Positions 1-7,101 of a stretch of 64,000 nucleotides of DNA are shown one piece after another. The notes under the pieces are model-generated. The model worked only from the letters and a program-made list of their open reading frames with translations. It was not told where the DNA came from and did no database searches. A program made the position numbers and the translations under genes. Source of the stretch: Shigella phage SP18; sequence record GQ981382. One strand, given 5' to 3'. The stretch's first letter is position 1. Each line of letters starts with the position of its first letter.

Positions 1-200
1 GCACTAGCAACGAAGGTGCGACCAGCTTCTTCCCCATAACAAGAGCTGTTCAACCAGTCTTCAAGACGGACTTCGCCGTCATAATCATCAAGCTCAACAC
101 CAAAATCTTGAGCAGAAGCCATATCTTTTACTTTCTTATACAGTGCAGCCAGTTCAAGGGCGGCTTTTTCTAATTCAGCACGTTCAACAGCAGTAGTCAT
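1..200 (-). CDS. hypothetical small acidic protein, 5' part only (runs off the window start); contains an internal W-L-N-S-S-C motif resembling the C-terminal motif of the adjacent paralog array
   Basis: ATG at complement 198-200, 9 nt after the stop of the upstream gene (GGTGATAAA spacer); frame open to position 1; absent from ORF track because truncated. Confidence 0.4.
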   Translation of the reverse strand, partial: MTTAVERAELEKAALELAALYKKVKDMASAQDFGVELDDYDGEVRLEDWLNSSCYGEEAGRTFVAS

Positions 201-209
201 TTTATCACC

Positions 210-437
210 TTAGCAAGACATAGAGGAGTTAAACCAGAAACCTTTACCATCTGGGATACCGTAATCACCACGAATCCAGTCATACTCTTCGTATTCTGGA
301 CAACCCGCAGGAATATATCGTTGAAGACTGTCAGCATACACATGAAAGTATTCACCAGTTTTATCGGCCAGTTGTTCACCTTCACAGATTAGTGCACGGA
401 TTTGGTCTTCAATTTCTTTAACAGTTTTAGCAGTCAT
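210..437 (-). CDS. small protein, paralog A of tandem array; C-terminus G-F-W-F-N-S-S-M-S-C
   Basis: ORF track 75 aa; C-terminal motif shared with the next three genes; AAGGAAAT RBS context. Confidence 0.6.
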   Translation of the reverse strand: MTAKTVKEIEDQIRALICEGEQLADKTGEYFHVYADSLQRYIPAGCPEYEEYDWIRGDYGIPDGKGFWFNSSMSC

Positions 438-446
438 TTTATTTCC

Positions 447-644
447 TTAGCATTCATAAGAGGAGGACACCCAGGAGCCACCCGTAATTGTAATACAGCC
501 ATTGTAAATCGTGATATGACGGTCCAGATGGTTTTCACCTTCGATATAGATGTCGGCTTCTTCACGTTCTTCTTTACAAATCTGGATAACGTTTTCAATA
601 GCTGCCGCGGCAGTACGGATTGCACAATCTAATTCACGAGACAT
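447..644 (-). CDS. small protein, paralog B; C-terminus G-G-S-W-V-S-S-S-Y-E-C
   Basis: ORF track 65 aa; conserved C-terminal motif; 9-nt spacing to next gene. Confidence 0.6.
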   Translation of the reverse strand: MSRELDCAIRTAAAAIENVIQICKEEREEADIYIEGENHLDRHITIYNGCITITGGSWVSSSYEC

Positions 645-653
645 AATAATTCC

Positions 654-935
654 TTAACATTCAGAAGAGGAGGACACCCAACCACCTTTTTCCAGGTCAG
701 TTGTATAGTCATGAGTATTAACAATAGCCCATTCAGGATGACCATGTTCTTCCCAATGGGCAAGGTCTGCTTTCAGGGCGCCAGGAGAATAATAGTCACC
801 GCCCATACCGCGAGCAGGGTATATATTAAAATGAGTCTCATATTTGTCTGCAATTTCCTCGGCACGACGAATAGCTTTATGGATGTCATTTACTGCGTTA
901 GCCAGTTCTTTATTTTTACGGTAATCATTCATCAT
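654..935 (-). CDS. small protein, paralog C; C-terminus G-G-W-V-S-S-S-S-E-C
   Basis: ORF track 93 aa; EEIADKY helix motif plus conserved C-terminus. Confidence 0.6.
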   Translation of the reverse strand: MMNDYRKNKELANAVNDIHKAIRRAEEIADKYETHFNIYPARGMGGDYYSPGALKADLAHWEEHGHPEWAIVNTHDYTTDLEKGGWVSSSSEC

Positions 936-944
936 AACGTTTCC

Positions 945-1235
945 TTAGCACATTGCCGAAGAGGAGACCCAAGCACCAACTGTAACGACACCGTTTTCAA
1001 CTTCACCGCCGTTGTTTTCAATTTCATTTTTAAACCACTGGGAGCATTCATAACCGACAGGATAATATGTACGGCCCGAACCATAATCACCGGTACCAAA
1101 TTGGATACCATATTCATCTGCGATTTCTTCACAGTGTTTTTCAATTTCAGAGGTCTTATTTAGAAGAGAATAGATAGCTTTTTCTGCAGATTTCTCATCA
1201 TAATACTTGGGGATAGCAATTTCAATTTTATTCAT
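945..1235 (-). CDS. small protein, paralog D; C-terminus G-A-W-V-S-S-S-A-M-C
   Basis: ORF track 96 aa; EEIADEY motif plus conserved C-terminus; ATGA overlap with upstream gene. Confidence 0.6.
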   Translation of the reverse strand: MNKIEIAIPKYYDEKSAEKAIYSLLNKTSEIEKHCEEIADEYGIQFGTGDYGSGRTYYPVGYECSQWFKNEIENNGGEVENGVVTVGAWVSSSAMC

Positions 1236-1585
1236 GATTTACATTCCTTAATAAAGGTTTCAAGTTCATTGCGTTTTGTTTTGTCTAGGAACTTATTATA
1301 CTCAGCCATTGCTGAAGCATATCTCTTCCGACTAGGAGCATTCACGGCATTTGTGTGACAGATATCATACACAACAGGGATAAAATAAGACACAACAGCC
1401 GGAGCGATTATCATAAAGAAGCCCATCTCAATAGGCATCACTCCCTCGATTGCAGCCATAACCGTGGTCATTACCAGACCAACCAGGCCGCCAAGCATGG
1501 CGGTGACAATCCCTAATAATAAATTGGCACCAATATCATATTCAGCCAATTGATAAACATGTGATGCAAGACTAGGCCGTTCCAT
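1232..1585 (-). CDS. small membrane protein with two predicted transmembrane helices
   Basis: Internal ATG at complement 1583-1585 preceded by AAGGAGG; two hydrophobic stretches followed by a basic C-terminal tail. Confidence 0.55.
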   Translation of the reverse strand: MERPSLASHVYQLAEYDIGANLLLGIVTAMLGGLVGLVMTTVMAAIEGVMPIEMGFFMIIAPAVVSYFIPVVYDICHTNAVNAPSRKRYASAMAEYNKFLDKTKRNELETFIKECKS

Positions 1586-1931
1586 TACGAACCTCCTTAA
1601 TAAATTCTTCGGCGCATTTAATTTTGTGCTCTTCTTGTAGGGAAACACATTTTTGTTCCCACTCTTTAACTCGTCCACGATATCCTTTATTCATATGATT
1701 TTGATGCCACACATTTATCAATATCATACACAGGACCGTAATAAAAGGAGCTGCAATTACTAGCGTCCAGGCGACTCCAACACTAATGATATTCATATCC
1801 CCACAAAGCACCATCATTATAACCCCAACGATGCACATGGACAGAGCCCCAAATGGAGGCATAAGGTCTTTATCAATCTTGTCCGCGTACACAAATTTTT
1901 CTGGTTTACTTGGCAGATATAACGTTCGCAT
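1572..1931 (-). CDS. small membrane protein with two predicted transmembrane helices, similar architecture to the downstream gene
   Basis: ATG at complement 1929-1931 with AAAGGGG RBS; two hydrophobic segments; 14-nt overlap with next gene. Confidence 0.5.
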   Translation of the reverse strand: MRTLYLPSKPEKFVYADKIDKDLMPPFGALSMCIVGVIMMVLCGDMNIISVGVAWTLVIAAPFITVLCMILINVWHQNHMNKGYRGRVKEWEQKCVSLQEEHKIKCAEEFIKEVRNGTA

Positions 1932-2460
1932 TTTGAACCCCTTTAGCATATTCACGACATTCAGCAATAAAACGATTAAGCTTACGTTTCCGTTTACGAC
2001 TCTCTAATGTGTACTCAGCCGCCAAATCAAGAAGCTCATCTTTATCATAATTTTTAATATCAGTATAAGTTGGACGACGGTCAACCATTCCAAAGTGGTC
2101 ACCATTTTCTAACATCAAATAACATACCAAATGGTCATCATCATCCGCATTAATAAGTTGTTTATAATCGCTAGGGTCGTTTAAAGCATATACTGAATAA
2201 CTCAGCCCAGCGAATTCCACTCGTTGAATACCCAGATTTACGTCAATAATTTCCAGGGCATCTGTGAAAGAAAGGTCTTCAGCTAAAGCAAAAATAAAAG
2301 GCAATTTTGTAGTATCACCGCGGCTAGTTGTTCTTCTTAAGAAATCATTGGAATAACCCAAGTCACCGCGGATTCTATAAAGAACTGTGTTAGTTTCAGT
2401 GGCAAGACCACTACCGCCAAACCAGTCTACATTTGATAGAAGGTCAGTATATAAGCTCAT
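1906..2460 (-). CDS. hypothetical protein
   Basis: ATG at 2458-2460 with GGAGAGGAG RBS; 184 aa; preceded by GGGGGC-AAA-GCCCCC hairpin. Confidence 0.55.
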   Translation of the reverse strand: MSLYTDLLSNVDWFGGSGLATETNTVLYRIRGDLGYSNDFLRRTTSRGDTTKLPFIFALAEDLSFTDALEIIDVNLGIQRVEFAGLSYSVYALNDPSDYKQLINADDDDHLVCYLMLENGDHFGMVDRRPTYTDIKNYDKDELLDLAAEYTLESRKRKRKLNRFIAECREYAKGVQNANVISAK

Positions 2461-2478
2461 AATATTCTCCTCTCCCAA

Positions 2479-2503
2479 TTAGGGGGCAAAGCCCCCTTTT
2501 ATC
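2479..2503. terminator. intergenic hairpin GGGGGC-AAA-GCCCCC with T-run on plus side
   Basis: Perfect 6-bp GC stem between two minus-strand genes. Confidence 0.4.
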
Positions 2504-3097
2504 TTACTTAAGCGAATTGATATATTCTTCAATGTCAGCGGACGTGGTATCCACACCAACCTGTGGGCCTTTGAAGGTTTCAACACGCATCAGAGTGTCT
2601 TCAATATCAATCTTAGTCAATGCAGCGATTTCAACAACATCATCTGCGGTTGCAATACCCAGTGCAGACACCTTACGGGTTTCGCGGATGTATTCCAGTT
2701 TAACAGCTAGTTCCTGACGAGAGTCATCCAGCTCTTTAACTTTCAATTTAATTTCATTACGCATTTCAACATAATCATCTGCCTTCTTACGAAGTTGTTT
2801 AGCAGTGCGACGATACAGGAGACCCAGTTTAGCATGGACCTGGACATCTGCACCATCAGCAATCAGTTTTCGGATTTCACGCTCTTTTGAAGCGGCGAGC
2901 TGGTCTTTTTCATTCGCTAACTCGCGGATGCGTTTTTCTTCATTAACAGACTTAACGTGGGCAGTCTGGAGCTCAGTAATCTTATCAATCAGGGTAGAAG
3001 CAGCTTTAGTATATTGGTCTTCAATAGACAGGTTTTGCGCCATTGCAGTACCCAGTTTGGAGCGGATGAATTCAACAAGTTTCTTTAAAGTATTCAT
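2504..3097 (-). CDS. hypothetical coiled-coil protein
   Basis: 197-aa ORF, heptad-rich charged sequence; MotA-box type promoter upstream. Confidence 0.55.
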   Translation of the reverse strand: MNTLKKLVEFIRSKLGTAMAQNLSIEDQYTKAASTLIDKITELQTAHVKSVNEEKRIRELANEKDQLAASKEREIRKLIADGADVQVHAKLGLLYRRTAKQLRKKADDYVEMRNEIKLKVKELDDSRQELAVKLEYIRETRKVSALGIATADDVVEIAALTKIDIEDTLMRVETFKGPQVGVDTTSADIEEYINSLK

Positions 3098-3133
3098 GGT
3101 ATTTCCTTCAGTTAGTTAATGTTTTATTATCCC

Positions 3134-3165
3134 GGGAACATACTATCATGTTCCCGTTAAAGCAC
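3134..3165 (-). promoter_or_regulatory. MotA-box-like promoter (GTGCTTTAA-N11-TAGTAT) with -10 inside inverted repeat GGGAACAT/ATGTTCCC, upstream of gene 2504-3097
   Basis: Box to -10 spacing 19 nt; 8-bp inverted repeat flanking the -10. Confidence 0.4.
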
Positions 3166-3169
3166 TAAT

Positions 3170-3475
3170 TTAGATTTTGTTTTCCTGCACACCATAATAA
3201 AGTTCATCAGACACAATATCCAGGATGCGGCGAACATATTCATCATGGTATTGACAGTCAAAATCAAATGTAACAGTAGTTTCCGCTTCACGAGTGAATT
3301 TAACTTGCACATTCAGGTGATTAACAACGTTAGTTAATTTATCAGTAAAGAACTCTTTTGCTACCGCCTGTTGGACTTGCACTTTGAACTTGGTGTTACG
3401 AATCATATTTTCAGCAGATGCGAAATTACCAGTTTTATCAAAGTCAACAAGCGCCATGTTGATGATGAATTTCAT
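3170..3475 (-). CDS. hypothetical protein
   Basis: 101-aa ORF; GGAGAATAAA-ATG RBS; early promoter repeat upstream. Confidence 0.55.
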   Translation of the reverse strand: MKFIINMALVDFDKTGNFASAENMIRNTKFKVQVQQAVAKEFFTDKLTNVVNHLNVQVKFTREAETTVTFDFDCQYHDEYVRRILDIVSDELYYGVQENKI

Positions 3476-3496
3476 TTTATTCTCCAGTGTTTTATT

Positions 3497-3545
3497 GTGT
3501 AACTCAGTATGGAATCATTATGCCTTAAAGCAGGGGGCTTGTATA
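3497..3545 (-). promoter_or_regulatory. sigma70-like early promoter repeat (-35 TATACA, 17 bp, -10 CATAAT, conserved leader GATTCCATACTGAGTTACAC); -35 lies in loop of the upstream terminator hairpin
   Basis: One of three near-identical 26-nt copies (3497, 4543, 41998). Confidence 0.5.
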
Positions 3546-3557
3546 CCCCCTTTTTGA
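3531..3557. terminator. hairpin GGGGG-CTTGTATA-CCCCC followed by TTTTT (plus side); overlaps early promoter -35
   Basis: GC stem plus T-run. Confidence 0.4.
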
Positions 3558-3558
3558 A

Positions 3559-4002
3559 TTAAATTTCAAATTCTTTGCGGAAGTTGGAAGCATAAGACTG
3601 AACTGATGCTTTGTTGAATCCAAACTCACGCACAATCATATCAATAACAGCCCTACGAGCGGCACCATTAGACATATTGACAGTTTTGAACATATCATAG
3701 CATAAATCTTTGTTGCTCATACCGGAGCGTTTAGGTGTCTTACGTTCAGTTTTTGGTTCAGTCTTAGGAGTAGGTTTAACTTCTGGTTTAACCTGTCCAT
3801 CATTCAGACCTTTAAAAATTTTACCTGCCAGAGTTGCCAGTTTAGCAGCTTCGCCACGAGTGATACCAAATACTGCCGGGTTAAATGAAATACCTTCAGC
3901 TGTCAGACGTTTAAAGAACATACGTGCGGCGGATTGTGCTTCAGCTTCAGAAGAGTTGTTTAATGCCAGTTTAACATACTTAACCAGTTTTGAAGTTTTC
4001 AT
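3559..4002 (-). CDS. hypothetical protein sharing a C-terminal domain (AARRAxID...VQSYASNFRK) with the upstream paralog
   Basis: Internal ATG at 4000-4002; C-terminal 45 aa alignable with gene 4086-4511. Confidence 0.55.
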   Translation of the reverse strand: MKTSKLVKYVKLALNNSSEAEAQSAARMFFKRLTAEGISFNPAVFGITRGEAAKLATLAGKIFKGLNDGQVKPEVKPTPKTEPKTERKTPKRSGMSNKDLCYDMFKTVNMSNGAARRAVIDMIVREFGFNKASVQSYASNFRKEFEI

Positions 4003-4037
4003 TTTATTATCCCGTTTGTTTATTTGGTAACTCAATA

Positions 4038-4073
4038 TGGGATAATTATACACTATCCCACCTGGAAGTAAAA
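4038..4073 (-). promoter_or_regulatory. early promoter variant with -10 TATAAT in loop of inverted repeat TGGGATA/TATCCCA; -35 TTTTAC
   Basis: Related to the TATCCCAT promoter family; upstream of gene 3559-4002. Confidence 0.45.
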
Positions 4074-4085
4074 CACTTTTCTCAA

Positions 4086-4511
4086 TTATTTTTGAGCTTT
4101 GCGGAAGTTGGATGCATATGACTGAACAACAGTCTTTTTGATATCATGGGTGGTAACCAGAACATCAATCAGAGCGCGACGAGCTGCATTATCATTCATA
4201 TCAATTTCTGAAAATGCCTGGAAGCAAATGTCACGAGCGTTACCAGATTTGGACTGGATTTTTTCTTCTTTAACTTCTTCAATTGGGAATTCAATCATTT
4301 CAGCTTGGATTAATTCAATGATAGATTCTTTTGACTGTTTGGTGTTTACCTTCAGTTCAGAATTAAGGGACTTGGCGATGGCAACAATCTGGGTTGAAGT
4401 CAGATGAATAAGTGCATCTTCACGAATGCAGATTTCACATACTTCGTCAGCAACCATTTTGTTGGTGATGCGGGTAACAGAGAATGCAGAGGTCAGGGTC
4501 AGGAAGTTCAT
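4086..4511 (-). CDS. hypothetical protein, paralog of 3559-4002
   Basis: ATG at 4509-4511 with GGAG RBS; C-terminal ...NAARRALIDVLV...VVQSYASNFRK. Confidence 0.55.
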   Translation of the reverse strand: MNFLTLTSAFSVTRITNKMVADEVCEICIREDALIHLTSTQIVAIAKSLNSELKVNTKQSKESIIELIQAEMIEFPIEEVKEEKIQSKSGNARDICFQAFSEIDMNDNAARRALIDVLVTTHDIKKTVVQSYASNFRKAQK

Positions 4512-4542
4512 TTTATTTCTCCAAAGTTTTGTTTGATTCAGT

Positions 4543-4591
4543 GTGTAACTCAGTATGGAATCATTATGCACCCGGTCAATTCGGATGTACA
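4543..4591 (-). promoter_or_regulatory. sigma70-like early promoter repeat (-35 TGTACA, 17 bp, -10 CATAAT, conserved leader)
   Basis: Immediately downstream of minus-strand terminator and upstream of gene 4086-4511. Confidence 0.5.
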
Positions 4592-4630
4592 CTACTTTTT
4601 GAAGAAAATTTCAAATTTATTCGGGGTATA

Positions 4631-4659
4631 AAAAAAGCCCCAACCTTTCGGAAGGGGCT
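4631..4659 (-). terminator. rho-independent terminator (AGCCCC-loop-GGGGCT then U7 on minus strand) downstream of tRNA region
   Basis: Stem 4636-4641/4654-4659, A-run 4631-4636 on plus. Confidence 0.6.
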
Positions 4660-4660
4660 A

Positions 4661-4860
4661 TACCTTGTCGGGGTTCCACCTGCAAGGCAAGTGTTTGTAC
4701 GAAACGCCGGGATTCGAACCCGGTTATTAAGCAGTTGACGCTACTCAATATTTTTAAAAGGCCATATCTCGACCATATCCGAACGTTCCGTCAAAAACGC
4801 TACTCGGCTTACGGCAAAGATATTTCCTCGAATCGATAATTCGGTGCGCCGTTTCAGCTG
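4661..4860 (-). ncRNA. candidate stable RNA with a perfect tRNA-like T-arm (CCGGG-TTCGAAT-CCCGG) that does not fold as a canonical tRNA
   Basis: No ORF over about 300 nt between tRNA cluster and terminator; T-arm at complement 4704-4720; possible acceptor-like pairing CGGAACG/CGTTTCG. Confidence 0.3.
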
Positions 4861-4960
4861 TGAGATAAGGGACTTTAAGAGGTCAACTCATGTACGCCTT
4901 AAAGTCGGGTCTTATTCAGGGAACTTCAGTCCGACGACTTACCGGTAGCGACCCGGTTTC

Positions 4961-5200
4961 TCATTCAATTGTAATAGCTAATTTGACTTTAACAACCTTA
5001 TAATTGGAATCAAGGTCATTGAATTCCATAAAATTTGTTGCTAATCTGCGAGTCGGGAAACTTAGATATTTATTATGCTCAGGTGGAGCAGTTAATGCAA
5101 ACCATGGGACTTGTTTATCATTTTCATCAAACTCATCAAAGCTATAAACCAGCTCGTTGCTGGTTATATCCATAACTGCATATGATTCACTAATAACCAT
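4961..5200 (-). CDS. hypothetical protein
   Basis: ORF track 79 aa immediately downstream of tRNA cluster. Confidence 0.45.
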   Translation of the reverse strand: MVISESYAVMDITSNELVYSFDEFDENDKQVPWFALTAPPEHNKYLSFPTRRLATNFMEFNDLDSNYKVVKVKLAITIE

Positions 5201-5215
5201 AATATCCTCAGTAAT

Positions 5216-5291
5216 TGGTCGAGACAGTAGGGATCGAACCTACGACCTAGGACTTAGAAGGTCCTTGCTCTTCCTTCTGAGCTATGCCTCG
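5216..5291 (-). tRNA. tRNA-Arg (anticodon UCU), CCA encoded
   Basis: Manual cloverleaf: acceptor CGAGGCA/TGTCTCG, D-stem GCTC/GAGC, anticodon stem AGGAC/GTCCT with loop CTTCTAA, T-arm GTAGG-TTCGATC-CCTAC. Confidence 0.8.
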
Positions 5292-5298
5292 TAATTTG

Positions 5299-5370
5299 CG
5301 GACACACATGGATTCGAACCATGGACCAATTGATTAACAGTCAACTGCTCTACCACTGAGCTATGCATCC
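5299..5370 (-). tRNA. tRNA-Asn (anticodon GUU), CCA not encoded
   Basis: Manual cloverleaf: D-arm GCTC-AGTGGTA-GAGC, anticodon loop CTGTTAA, T-arm CATGG-TTCGAAT-CCATG, acceptor with two G-U pairs. Confidence 0.75.
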
Positions 5371-5374
5371 AAAT

Positions 5375-5449
5375 TGGTGGCCCTTGCTGGTTTCGATCCA
5401 GCTACCTATCAGTTATGAGCTGACAGCTCTCCCATTGAGCTAAAGGGCC
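5375..5449 (-). tRNA. tRNA with CAU anticodon (Met or Ile2), CCA encoded
   Basis: Manual cloverleaf: acceptor GGCCCTT/AAGGGCC, D-arm GCTC-AATGGGA-GAGC, anticodon loop CTCATAA, T-arm GCTGG-ATCGAAA-CCAGC. Confidence 0.75.
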
Positions 5450-5542
5450 AATTCTATTATGAAAGGCTCTTTGAGGGAAGAACCTTTGGTAATAGAGGGT
5501 ACTTATTAATAATAACACATAACTCTTAAAGCATATTACTTG

Positions 5543-5944
5543 TTAACCTTCATCAACAATAGTATGTGTATTGGCATTGACAATCTGCCACCAGTCAAAA
5601 CGGTTGGAACCATAACAAGGCTTCTTCTCGTTTTCTTTAATGATAACGCGCAGTTCATCTTCAGTCGCAGCCTTTGCGATTAAGTCAGCATAACCGCCAC
5701 GAGGATAATAGCTATCACCCGCGAACAAAAGGAAATTTACCTTCCCAGAAGGGATATAGGCTTCCTTTGGATACTTGTTTCCTGCATGGTCTACCACTTC
5801 AATATAACGATAAGGAATATCAGTATTTTCAATCCATTGCCACGCCGCGGCAGGAGAATCAAAAGCATCTACACCTAAACGGTTATCTTCATCTTTAGAC
5901 GGGTTATTTTCATAATCCGCATATACATAATATTCAACGTTCAT
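5543..5944 (-). CDS. hypothetical protein
   Basis: ORF track 133 aa; TAATG overlap with upstream small ORF. Confidence 0.5.
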   Translation of the reverse strand: MNVEYYVYADYENNPSKDEDNRLGVDAFDSPAAAWQWIENTDIPYRYIEVVDHAGNKYPKEAYIPSGKVNFLLFAGDSYYPRGGYADLIAKAATEDELRVIIKENEKKPCYGSNRFDWWQIVNANTHTIVDEG

Positions 5945-6063
5945 TATTCACCTTTAGAGATTTTATCCATAACGAAAGAGATTGAACCAATTAAAAATGC
6001 AACTACTAAAGAGATTATATTCTCAGAAGTTGAAAGCATATTCAACATAAAGCCAGCAAACAT
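5944..6063 (-). CDS. small hydrophobic peptide (39 aa), possibly the 3' part of a gene split by a frameshift from the 21-aa ORF at 6065-6130
   Basis: ATG at 6061-6063 without RBS; upstream tiny ORF 6065-6130 has a strong GAGGAG RBS and ends in a T-run. Confidence 0.3.
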   Translation of the reverse strand: MFAGFMLNMLSTSENIISLVVAFLIGSISFVMDKISKGE

Positions 6064-6150
6064 GCTAAAACCAAAAAGCGGTAACAGCAACAAGGGCAGT
6101 AACATTTCTAATTAATTCGCAACGTTTCATTTTATTCTCCTCAGTAGTTG

Positions 6151-6187
6151 ATGGGATAATCATACTACAGTTATCCCATCACGTACA
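6151..6187 (-). promoter_or_regulatory. early promoter variant: -35 TGTACG, 17 bp, -10 TATGAT inside inverted repeat GATGGGATAA/TTATCCCATC
   Basis: Near-duplicate of element at 6484-6521. Confidence 0.45.
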
Positions 6188-6466
6188 CTAAATTTTTGTA
6201 TATTGTCCAGCTTTAACTTTTTTCAGTTCACGAGGGCTTACCGCGTAAGTGAATGGAGCATTCCAGGAAGAACTGACTTTGTAACCTTTAGTCAACATCA
6301 TTGCTGAAACTTTCTTGTTATCAGGACCGTTTTCGCCTTTAACAAGAAACAACTCAAATGCGCCACCATCAACCGGTTTGGCCTTAACCATCAGATATCC
6401 TTTCAGGTCTTCCAGCATATCCGGGTGACTAATTGATTCGTTAATAAATTCTTGATAAGTTTTCAT
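6188..6466 (-). CDS. internal protein (IP) family member with capsid-targeting N-terminus MKTYQEFINE
   Basis: N-terminal 10 aa matches the T4 IP capsid targeting sequence; promoter with TATAAT in hairpin loop upstream. Confidence 0.7.
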   Translation of the reverse strand: MKTYQEFINESISHPDMLEDLKGYLMVKAKPVDGGAFELFLVKGENGPDNKKVSAMMLTKGYKVSSSWNAPFTYAVSPRELKKVKAGQYTKI

Positions 6467-6483
6467 TAGTAGCTCCAGTAGTT

Positions 6484-6521
6484 GATGGGATAATTATACT
6501 GCAACTATCCCATCACGTACA
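6484..6521 (-). promoter_or_regulatory. early promoter variant: -35 TGTACG, 17 bp, -10 TATAAT inside inverted repeat GATGGGATA/TATCCCATC, upstream of IP gene 6188-6466
   Basis: -10 within hairpin loop; followed by GGAG RBS. Confidence 0.5.
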
Positions 6522-6529
6522 TTACATTT

Positions 6530-6812
6530 TTACATTTTTGAACCACGAATTACACCATAAGCGGCGAAGTCGTCAGAAATATCTTTAGGAGAGTTCTTAC
6601 CAGTTTCAATGAAGGCAATGCTTGACTTCTGACTAAAAGAGGTAATTTTGTTATAGTTGGAGTCAAGGAAGGTATAACCATTTTTACGCAGCTGGTCAAA
6701 GTCTTCAGCGTCGCCTTTACCTTTGAAGTCAACCCATTTGTAGGTGTTTTTCTTCTGAAGACCCAGAGGCCAGGTAATTGTTTTCTACCAAAAATTCATG
6801 AAAAGTTTGCAT
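6530..6812 (-). pseudogene. internal protein-like gene interrupted by an apparent +1 frameshift in a 5-nt homopolymer (plus-strand T run 6747-6751)
   Basis: ATG at 6810-6812 gives MQTFHEFLVENNYLASGSSEE then TGA; the remaining 66 codons are open in the adjacent frame and lack any start codon. Confidence 0.5.
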
Positions 6813-6820
6813 TTGAAATC

Positions 6821-7093
6821 CTATTTTAGATAAATTGCGTATTTTTTATAACCAGCCGTCTCATGACGGAGACCCTTGTCATTGGCAAAACGCTCAATGT
6901 TATTAATTTGGTTCTGGTCAAGTTCTGAAATGTCAAACGCGAAAAAGTTGCGTTTGTTACCAATTGTTATATGGTCAGTCAAGTCAATGCTATACAAGTG
7001 ATTGATATTGTCAATCATAGCTTTGACTGCTTTACTAATTTTTACTTCTTCGTTCAGTTGGGACTCGTTGAAAAATTCATTGAAAGTTTTCAT
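6821..7093 (-). CDS. internal protein (IP) family member, N-terminus MKTFNEFFNE
   Basis: ORF track 90 aa; CTS-like N-terminus. Confidence 0.65.
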   Translation of the reverse strand: MKTFNEFFNESQLNEEVKISKAVKAMIDNINHLYSIDLTDHITIGNKRNFFAFDISELDQNQINNIERFANDKGLRHETAGYKKYAIYLK

Positions 7094-7101
7094 AAGAAAC
7101 C

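Noticed and set aside
4661-4760. Canonical tRNA call around the perfect T-arm at 4704-4720
   Set aside because: No D-arm or anticodon stem-loop of standard geometry could be folded by hand; kept only as a candidate stable RNA.
6550-6732. 60-aa track ORF (MTSKVKATLK...)
   Set aside because: It is the third frame across the disrupted IP-like gene; Leu/Thr/Ser/Pro-rich artefactual translation. The protein-like continuation is in the other frame ending at 6530.
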